In this document: positions 23,811-29,587 of the stretch, one piece after another
How the letters are laid out: each line of letters opens with the position of its first letter
Position numbering within the stretch: position 1 is the stretch's first letter
Source: Thermodesulfatator atlanticus DSM 21156
GTDB taxonomy: Bacteria > Desulfobacterota > Thermodesulfobacteria > Thermodesulfobacteriales > Thermodesulfatatoraceae
Length of the DNA: 32,000 bases
Direction: 5' to 3'
NCBI RefSeq assembly: GCF_000421585.1
Contig: NZ_ATXH01000004.1
Location: 55,926-87,925, forward strand
Made by a program: the position numbers and the translations under genes
Notes under the pieces: generated by a model
What the model was told of the DNA's origin: nothing
Database searches by the model: none
What the model saw: the letters and a program-made list of their open reading frames with translations, nothing else

Positions 23811-24146
23811 ATGTCTAGCAGAGATCCGGACAAATTGGGCATTTTTGTAACCACGCCCCAGTATATGAACCACTTGATGAAAATAGTAGAAGCAGCCCAA
23901 AGGGCTGGCAAAAAAGTAAAAGTGTTTTTTACTTTCAAGGCGGTTCATTTAACCAAACAACCTGATTTTCCCAAGTTAGTACAAATGATCCCTGAAGAAG
24001 ACCTAGCCATCTGTGCAGATTCTTATACCTGCGAAGGTTTTGATCTTGAAACTGATATTCCAGGGGGCATGAAGCCTTCTCAGTTGCGCACACAGGCTTT
24101 TCACGGACAAATCTTGGAAGAATGTGGCGCATACTTAGTGCTTTAA
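23811..24146 (+). CDS. DsrE/DsrF-like small protein
   Basis: 111 aa. The KLGIFVTT beta-1 strand, an internal Cys pair ICADSYTCEGF and the tail QILEECGAYLVL fit a DsrE-fold layout. SD AGGAGG. The assignment rests on pattern only. Confidence 0.55.
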   Translation: MSSRDPDKLGIFVTTPQYMNHLMKIVEAAQRAGKKVKVFFTFKAVHLTKQPDFPKLVQMIPEEDLAICADSYTCEGFDLETDIPGGMKPSQLRTQAFHGQILEECGAYLVL

Positions 24147-24159
24147 AGGAGGGATAAAT

Positions 24160-24525
24160 ATGGAATCTTTAAAGATTTATTTTTTAGTAGCAAACAGAAT
24201 TTACATTACTGACTGTATTAGATCCACCCTGGGACAGTCAGTAGAAAACCACTATTCTCACTGTTGTGTGTTTTACAACAAAATGCCGCGTCTCACAGAC
24301 TATGTCAAAGAAAATATCGAATGGATTCGCGATATGGAAGGTGAAGTATATTGTGTGGTAGATACTATCGCAGACGAAGAAGCAAAAAAATACAACATTG
24401 AAGAAGCCGGACTCACTCCTATTACTCTCGAAGAACTAGCCCAAAAATTAAAAGAGGCAGACGTTGTTATTGGATACGGCATGCCCAAACAAAAGAAAGA
24501 TCCTCCACCAGCTTGTGCTGATTAA
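24160..24525 (+). CDS. Cys-rich conserved-hypothetical-type protein (121 aa) of the YeeE-TusA-DsrE operon
   Basis: SD AAGGAGGG lies 6 nt upstream. It has five Cys, including a vicinal HCCVF pair and a Cys three residues from the C-terminus on a Pro/Lys-rich tail (PKQKKDPPPACAD). I cannot name a family. Confidence 0.55.
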   Translation: MESLKIYFLVANRIYITDCIRSTLGQSVENHYSHCCVFYNKMPRLTDYVKENIEWIRDMEGEVYCVVDTIADEEAKKYNIEEAGLTPITLEELAQKLKEADVVIGYGMPKQKKDPPPACAD

Positions 24526-24547
24526 TTCCTAAGAGGAGGGATACGAA

Positions 24548-24727
24548 ATGAAGATTCTTCACGTATATCGTAACGAACCAACAGACGAAGTAAAAAAGTT
24601 AGTAGAAATTTTAAACGAGGGTAACGAAGCCCAAGAGTTTAAGCTTTATGAAGCAAAAGAAGATGCAGATTACGACAAATTAATTCAGCTGATATTTGAA
24701 GCTGACAAAACCATTAGCTGGTGGTAA
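24548..24727 (+). CDS. 59-aa ORF, not in the supplied track (below its length cutoff), last gene of the operon
   Basis: GAGGAGGGatacgaaATG, translating to MKILHVYRNEPTDEVKKLVEILNEGNEAQEFKLYEAKEDADYDKLIQLIFEADKTISWW, with TAA at 24725-24727. A hairpin terminator follows directly. Confidence 0.55.
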   Translation: MKILHVYRNEPTDEVKKLVEILNEGNEAQEFKLYEAKEDADYDKLIQLIFEADKTISWW

Positions 24728-24736
24728 AAGTCTAAC

Positions 24737-24766
24737 AGGAGCAGGCATTTGGCCTGCTCCTATTTG
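24737..24766 (+). terminator. Rho-independent-type terminator hairpin closing the YeeE operon
   Basis: AGGAGCAGGC (24737-24746), loop ATTTG, then GCCTGCTCCT (24752-24761), giving a perfect 10-bp stem. It is followed by ATTTGGCTATTTGG, a moderately T-rich run. Confidence 0.6.
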
Positions 24767-24897
24767 GCTATTTGGTCAAGTTTTTGAGACCACATAAAGA
24801 GCTTAAACAGTAAAAGCGCAAGCCCAATCCTCAAAACCCACATATACCACGGACTGTTTTTAAAATAATAGACTACAAACTTAAAAAATCGCTTCAC
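24760..24897 (-). CDS. Possible 45-aa membrane peptide coupled to hpt (speculative)
   Basis: The GTG overlaps the hpt TGA (GTGA). It translates to VKRFFKFVVYYFKNSPWYMWVLRIGLALLLFKLFMWSQKLDQIAK, with one hydrophobic helix. There is no independent SD and it is below the track cutoff. Confidence 0.2.
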   Translation of the reverse strand: MKRFFKFVVYYFKNSPWYMWVLRIGLALLLFKLFMWSQKLDQIAK

Positions 24898-25421
24898 GAG
24901 ACCCTCTCTATTTCATAAATTGCCGGAAGATGGCGATATTTTTCTGCAAAATCAAGCCCATACCCCACTAAAAAACCCTTGGGAACATAAAAACCGCGAT
25001 AATCAATCGAAATTTCTACCTCACGGCGCTCAGGCTTATCTATCAAACAACAAACTTTAACAGAACGGGGTTCATAACGGGGAAGTACTTTTAGATAATA
25101 ATCAAGCGTTATCCCGGTATCGATGATATCTTCAACGATTAAAACATCTTTGTCCTTTAATGATATTTCAACATCTTTGGTGATTTTTACTTCGCCAGAA
25201 GTGGCATCAGCGTATCCGTAACTTGCAAGCCTAACAAAGTCTATTTCAAGCTGTTCAAGGTGAACGGCTCGCACCAGATCAGCAAGAAAAATAAAGGCTC
25301 CCTTAAGAATTCCAATAAAAACCACCCTGCGCCCCTGATAATCTTTTGAAATATCCCGGGCAAGCTCTTTAATACGTTTGGCAATCTCTTCTTGAGAAAT
25401 AACAAGCTTTAACCTTTCCAT
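24894..25421 (-). CDS. hpt: Hypoxanthine(-guanine) phosphoribosyltransferase
   Basis: PRPP-binding motif VLIVEDIIDTGITL, then KVCCLIDKPERR, and the GYGLDFAEKYRHLP tail. Confidence 0.92.
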   Translation of the reverse strand: MERLKLVISQEEIAKRIKELARDISKDYQGRRVVFIGILKGAFIFLADLVRAVHLEQLEIDFVRLASYGYADATSGEVKITKDVEISLKDKDVLIVEDIIDTGITLDYYLKVLPRYEPRSVKVCCLIDKPERREVEISIDYRGFYVPKGFLVGYGLDFAEKYRHLPAIYEIERVS

Positions 25422-25525
25422 TTTTCCCTCCCACTCTGATGTGGATACCTCAGAGAACGGATTTTGGCAACGAAGAATTTCTTCTTGTTGGGAGTAAAGT
25501 CATGAATAGCCCAAGGGGATCCCTT

Positions 25526-25553
25526 CATTTTTCGTTCCGAAAAATAGGAACGG
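25526..25553 (-). other. Second copy of the ~28-nt motif seen at 16098-16125
   Basis: The minus strand reads CCGTTCCTATTTTTCGGAACGAAAAATG. The first 16 nt are identical to 16098-16113 and 25 of 28 positions match overall. It contains two mutually exclusive small hairpins: CGTTCC/GGAACG, and ATTTTTCG/CGAAAAAT. Confidence 0.45.
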
Positions 25554-25603
25554 TTACTAGAAAACGATGTCAACTAAAAATGCTTTCGGTAATGCCGAGA
25601 AAA

Positions 25604-26041
25604 CTACTTAAGTCTATGTGCTAGGTGATTGATAAGGGTTTGGGCCGCGTTTAGCACCCGACGGGCGTCTTCCTGGGTAAGGGATCCAAGCCCCAAATTA
25701 GTTTCAAGGAAAATATCTTCGTGGCTCGCAAGCCTTTTAAACAAATCAAGAAACTTAACGGCTTCTTTTACCGGACGCGGGGCCTGCTTCCCTTCAGGAA
25801 AATGAAGAAAAATTTTTTCAAGAGAAGGCTCAGCGATACGCTTTCCTGCCTTCTTTTCCATGGCTTTTAAGGCCTTGCGCGCTGCCTGCCAAGCCAGATG
25901 AGCCGAAATGTCAGGGTCCTTGGCAAGAAGTTCTTCAGCACGCTTTAAGTCTTTCAAAGATGTCTCGAGCCATGATGAAGGCTTCTGGGATTCAAGTACT
26001 GGTTCTTTAGTATTCCCTTTGCGTTTCAAAAAACTAAACAT
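25604..26041 (-). CDS. Hypothetical helical protein, last gene of the flagellar operon
   Basis: The start overlaps the upstream stop (GTGATG). The predicted all-helical sequence has a HEPN-reminiscent stretch (AHLAWQAARKALKAMEKK), but I see no convincing Rx4-6H motif. Confidence 0.45.
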   Translation of the reverse strand: MFSFLKRKGNTKEPVLESQKPSSWLETSLKDLKRAEELLAKDPDISAHLAWQAARKALKAMEKKAGKRIAEPSLEKIFLHFPEGKQAPRPVKEAVKFLDLFKRLASHEDIFLETNLGLGSLTQEDARRVLNAAQTLINHLAHRLK

Positions 26042-26895
26042 CACCCTCTAAGCCGTAACATCTGTCCAGGATATGCATCAAGGGTGTTAAGCTTTATGAT
26101 AACTTTATCTTCACAAGAGGAAAACATCTCATAAAGGGAAGAAAGAGCCTTACGAGCCTTTGCTAGGGCCTCATCGCGCGCAAAACTTATTTCTAGCAAA
26201 AGAAGCTTAGGACTCAAGTTAAAACGCGCTTCCAGGTAACCCAAACGAGAAAGAAAAAGCACCAACAAAAAGCTTCGCACACCCGGTTTAGCAAAAGCAA
26301 TTTCCCGGTCCTCATAAAGGTAGCTCCAGGAAACCCTATCTCCAAAAAGAAAAGGAATAACAAACTGGCCTTCCTGCCAGAGTTTCAGGAAGTGTTCTCT
26401 AATTTCAAGACGAAATTTTTTTGCATCTCCTTTTGTTTGTTTAGCAGAGCTATCTTTGCTCAAGGTTTTAAAAAAGTGGTCTACTAAGAAAAACAAAGCT
26501 TCTTTGGCCTTTTTAGGGGAAGCGCTTTGCCATTTAAAAATATCAAGCAGCTTAAAGTTTTGCTCTTCTTGGGGAAGAAGTTTGAGAAGTGTTTGTGACG
26601 TATGCTTTAAAAGGGGTTTTATGTCTTTTTCTCCTTTGGTTTCAATGGTTAAAACTAAAGGCGGGCCAAGGGAGGCTACTTTGAGCCTTATTACTTGGCC
26701 AGGCTTAAAAAGATTTTGGGGTAAATGTTCAGCCAGCATGGCCTCAAGCTTTTCGTTTCCCACAAAAAGCGTAAGCAACCTTCCTTCGATAGTTTCAACC
26801 CTCGCAGTAAAGGCGCGCCCAGGGGTGAGGATTTCTATTAGCCCCTGAGGGATATTGCGCAAAGAAATAGGCAAAGGGCCACGGATAGGATCCAT
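26041..26895 (-). CDS. Possible FliK-like flagellar hook-length control protein
   Basis: The C-terminal segment FLLVLFLSRLGYLEARFNLSPKLLLLEISFARDEALAKARKALSSLYEMF follows the L.L.P..LG.l.v.......l.v.f.a....r.al...L..L pattern of the FliK C-terminal domain. The flagellar operon context supports this. The match is weak and by eye. Confidence 0.4.
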   Translation of the reverse strand: MDPIRGPLPISLRNIPQGLIEILTPGRAFTARVETIEGRLLTLFVGNEKLEAMLAEHLPQNLFKPGQVIRLKVASLGPPLVLTIETKGEKDIKPLLKHTSQTLLKLLPQEEQNFKLLDIFKWQSASPKKAKEALFFLVDHFFKTLSKDSSAKQTKGDAKKFRLEIREHFLKLWQEGQFVIPFLFGDRVSWSYLYEDREIAFAKPGVRSFLLVLFLSRLGYLEARFNLSPKLLLLEISFARDEALAKARKALSSLYEMFSSCEDKVIIKLNTLDAYPGQMLRLRG

Positions 26896-26902
26896 TGTTT
26901 TT

Positions 26903-27286
26903 TTATTTTTTCTTTGAAACCGAAAGAATAAGGGCTACCTCGCCCTCTTGGAGCCCTGTTTCTTTGGCAATCTCTGCTACAGAAAGCCCTTTTTGGGCAA
27001 GTTTGCGTACTTTTTCTTTGATATCCTGAGAATCACTACGTGTGCTTTCCCAGGCGCTAGCCCCAGTCTCGAGAGCAGAAATAATTTTTTCAGAAATTTC
27101 TTGTTTTTTGGCAATGTTTTCTGAAAGCTTCTCACAAAGCTCGTTGGCAGTCTTTAAACGCTTTTCTATTTCATCAAAGGGTATCTTTTGCAGTCGTCTT
27201 ACCTGCAAATAAAGAAGCAGAATTAAAAACAAAAGCAACAGATCAAAAACAGCCTGTAATAAGAAAAAAAGATCTAAATCCAGCAT
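26903..27286 (-). CDS. Membrane-anchored protein with C-terminal HTH-like motif (DUF2802-like)
   Basis: N-terminal TM (FFLLQAVFDLLLLFLILLLYL), a coiled middle region, and a C-terminal KLAQKGLSVAEIAKETGLQEGEVALILSV. This resembles the DUF2802 tail found in flagellar/chemotaxis clusters. Confidence 0.5.
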   Translation of the reverse strand: MLDLDLFFLLQAVFDLLLLFLILLLYLQVRRLQKIPFDEIEKRLKTANELCEKLSENIAKKQEISEKIISALETGASAWESTRSDSQDIKEKVRKLAQKGLSVAEIAKETGLQEGEVALILSVSKKK

Positions 27287-27289
27287 AGG

Positions 27290-27475
27290 TTAAACTTTGA
27301 TGTCTATGTGTTTTCCTTTTCCTGGTAAAGATATTTTGGGCTTTTCTTTAGTTGTTTTTGTTTTAGCTTTCTTTTTGGACGACTGCTGCCTTTCGCGAGG
27401 CAAACGCTCTGAGGCGTTTTCCACCCGTAGGTAAGCTGGGGTAATAGCAAATGGAGCTTTTATGTCATCTGGCAT
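27290..27475 (-). CDS. 61-aa highly basic hypothetical protein
   Basis: It is tightly packed between operon genes, with 1 nt after the upstream stop and 3 nt before the next start. It has a Lys-rich centre (SSKKKAKTKTTKEKPK). I cannot name a family. Confidence 0.4.
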   Translation of the reverse strand: MPDDIKAPFAITPAYLRVENASERLPRERQQSSKKKAKTKTTKEKPKISLPGKGKHIDIKV

Positions 27476-27476
27476 G

Positions 27477-28346
27477 TCATTTTAAAACATAACCACTTAT
27501 TTTAATCTCTACAGGAACTACATCACCTATTTTCTTTTTTGTCAAATAATCCATAAACTCCCGCTCGATCACTTTGGCTCCCTTAGGGTTTTCCCAGAGG
27601 TAAAGAGGCACATTGCGAAGTAGTCGGTAAAGTTCTTCGCGGAAAAGGGCTTTATTTTTTTGTGCACGTAAATAATCTACTTCTTTGGCAAAATAAAGCA
27701 TGACTTTTGCTTTTACAAAGAGATACTCACCGGTTTCGCGGCGATAAGGGATAAGAAAATCCTTAAGAAAAAGAATCTTTCTTCCTTCCACCGCAATAGG
27801 TGAAGAAACAACCGGGGGTTCCGGTTCTTGCTCTTTCTTTTGGGGAACTTGAACCTTGGAAGGAGCCTTTTCTTTTTGAGGATAAAGCCCCACAGGTTGT
27901 TTCATTAATTGCATTAAGGTGAACACCCCTGCCCCCAAAAAAATTAAAGGGATCAAAATGGCTAAAATCCAGAAGACAAAAACAAGCTTACCCCGCGAGG
28001 GGGCTTCTGCTTCTGTTTCTTGCTCTTCTTGAGGCGCTTCGTCTTTTTCCTCCTTTTTGGAGTCTTCCTCTTGGGGTTCTTCTAAAGACTCTTCCTCTCC
28101 AAGGATACTTGCCAATGGGTCTTCAAAATCTTCTGGGGGACCTTCTTTTTTTTCTTGCTTTACCTCTTCGTCAGCATCTTTTTCTTCAGCGTCTTCACTT
28201 TCAGCTTCAGTCCCCTTTTTGGCTTCACTTTCTTCTGGTTCTTCTTTTTCTTCGCCTTCTTCCTCTTCTTCCACTAAAAGATCTGCCAGGGGATCTTTTT
28301 CTTCTTGGTCTTCATTTTTTTCTTTCTCTTTTTCCTCTTCTGCCAT
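27477..28346 (-). CDS. fliL: FliL-like flagellar basal-body-associated protein with a ~117-aa polyacidic N-terminal extension
   Basis: A single TM (LVFVFWILAILIPLIFLGAGVF) is followed by ILFLKDFLIPYR...YLFVKAKVMLYFA...FREELYRLLRNV...VEIKISGYVLK, which matches the FliL periplasmic domain pattern. Residues 1-117 are about 70% Glu/Asp/Lys. Confidence 0.6.
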   Translation of the reverse strand: MAEEEKEKEKNEDQEEKDPLADLLVEEEEEGEEKEEPEESEAKKGTEAESEDAEEKDADEEVKQEKKEGPPEDFEDPLASILGEEESLEEPQEEDSKKEEKDEAPQEEQETEAEAPSRGKLVFVFWILAILIPLIFLGAGVFTLMQLMKQPVGLYPQKEKAPSKVQVPQKKEQEPEPPVVSSPIAVEGRKILFLKDFLIPYRRETGEYLFVKAKVMLYFAKEVDYLRAQKNKALFREELYRLLRNVPLYLWENPKGAKVIEREFMDYLTKKKIGDVVPVEIKISGYVLK

Positions 28347-28350
28347 CTAA

Positions 28351-28728
28351 TTAGCCAAAAATCTTTTTTAGCTTTTCCTGTAAAGTTTCCGGAGTAAACG
28401 GTTTAACAATATACTGGCTTACTTTGTATTTAACAGCCTCGATAATATTTTCTTTCTGGGCCTCTGCCGTAACCATTAAAAACGGTAAATCCTTGAAACG
28501 CTCATCACTGCGAACCTTTTTGAGAAGTTCAATGCCGGTCATTTTGGGCATGTTCCAATCAGAAATAATGAGGTCTACTTTTTCTCCTTTATCAAGGATC
28601 TCCCAGGCGGTGGTGCCGTCATCAGCCTCAATGATGTTTTTAAAACCAAGCTGAAGCAAGATGTTCTTGATAATGCGGCGCATGGTGGCAAAGTCATCCA
28701 CTACCAGCACTTTCATGTTTGTATCCAT
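28351..28728 (-). CDS. cheY: Chemotaxis response regulator CheY
   Basis: Single REC domain with VVDDF, DLIISDWNMPKMTG (phospho-Asp), MVTAEA and VKPF. SD AGGAGGAGAGG. Confidence 0.92.
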   Translation of the reverse strand: MDTNMKVLVVDDFATMRRIIKNILLQLGFKNIIEADDGTTAWEILDKGEKVDLIISDWNMPKMTGIELLKKVRSDERFKDLPFLMVTAEAQKENIIEAVKYKVSQYIVKPFTPETLQEKLKKIFG

Positions 28729-28759
28729 AACCTCTCCTCCTTAACTGTTTCTTCGTTTT

Positions 28760-28786
28760 ATATCGGCCACCACCCTGTATTTCCTA
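28760..28786 (-). promoter_or_regulatory. Candidate sigma-28-type promoter between fliA and cheY
   Basis: The minus strand reads GCCGATAT (28767 to 28760), 7/8 against the GCCGATAA -10. The -35 region 11-12 nt upstream (TAGGAAAT/TTAGGAAA) is a poor match to TAAAGTTT. Confidence 0.3.
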
Positions 28787-29587
28787 AAGCTCTTCAAAGT
28801 AATCTTTGCCGATTTTTCCTTTGAGCTTGGCCCTTAAACGTTTGATCGCCTTGCTGTGTAATTGAGAAATGCGGCTTTCGGTGTAGCCAAGAATTTCGCC
28901 AATTTCGCGCATGGTAAGACCCTCATAGTAATAAAGGCTTAAGACCAATTTTTCTTTTTCTGGGAGATCATCAATAGCCTCAGCCAATAAATCACGAATT
29001 TCTTTTAGTTCGCAGTCTTCAAAAGGGTCTGGCTGGTCCGGGTCTTCGATCAGGTCAAAAATGTCTTCTTCATTAAGATCAGGCAGTTTTCTCTTAATGG
29101 TTTCAATATCGATGAAAGAGACATTTTTGGTCTCTTCAAGCATTTTGTGAAACTCTTCAATGCTTACTCCTAAGGCCTCAGCCACTTCCTCGTCTTCTGC
29201 TGGTCGTCCCAGTTGCTGCTCAAGCTCAAGGTAGGCCCTTTCTATCATGGTGGCCTTTTTACGCACTGATCGCGGCACCCAGTCCAGGGAGCGCAGCTCA
29301 TCAAGCATTGCCCCGCGGATACGAAATTCTGCAAAGGTCTTGAACTGGATATTGCGACTGGGGTCAAAACGGTTGATGGCATCTATGAGTCCCATCACCC
29401 CGGCACTAATTAGGTCGTTTATATCAACATTTGGTGGCAGACGCAGGGCAAGTCGTCCAGCTACATACTTTATAAGCGGCGCGTATTTGATAATAAGTTC
29501 GTTGCGCGTTTTTAAATCCATTTTTTCCGGAAACTCCTCCCTGAGTTCTTCGGAAACTTCTCTTGACAAGATTTGTTGGGTTTTCAT
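28784..29587 (-). CDS. fliA: Flagellar sigma factor FliA (sigma-28)
   Basis: Sigma-70 regions 2, 3 and 4: YAPLIKYVAGRL, LISAGVMGLIDAINRFDP, FKTFAEFRIRGAMLD, LSLYYYEGLTMREIGEILGYTESRISQLHSKAIKRLR. The ATG at 29587 overlaps the flhG stop (ATGA). Confidence 0.92.
   Translation of the reverse strand: MKTQQILSREVSEELREEFPEKMDLKTRNELIIKYAPLIKYVAGRLALRLPPNVDINDLISAGVMGLIDAINRFDPSRNIQFKTFAEFRIRGAMLDELRSLDWVPRSVRKKATMIERAYLELEQQLGRPAEDEEVAEALGVSIEEFHKMLEETKNVSFIDIETIKRKLPDLNEEDIFDLIEDPDQPDPFEDCELKEIRDLLAEAIDDLPEKEKLVLSLYYYEGLTMREIGEILGYTESRISQLHSKAIKRLRAKLKGKIGKDYFEEL

Noticed and set aside
25439-25624. A 61-aa + strand ORF spanning the hpt-upstream intergenic region, and a 39-aa minus-strand ORF starting at the ATG inside the shared motif
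   Set aside because: Neither has an SD or a recognisable motif. The + strand ORF runs antisense into the end of the 145-aa gene, and the 39-aa ORF overlaps the hpt start out of frame. The region is better explained as regulatory or structured DNA.
25604-26895. Reading the 145-aa helical protein as a HEPN toxin paired with the upstream 284-aa gene (a TA or defence module)
   Set aside because: The only candidate motif is RLASH (Rx3H), not Rx4-6H. The partner shows no nucleotidyltransferase (MNT) motif. Both genes are embedded by start-stop coupling in a flagellar operon.
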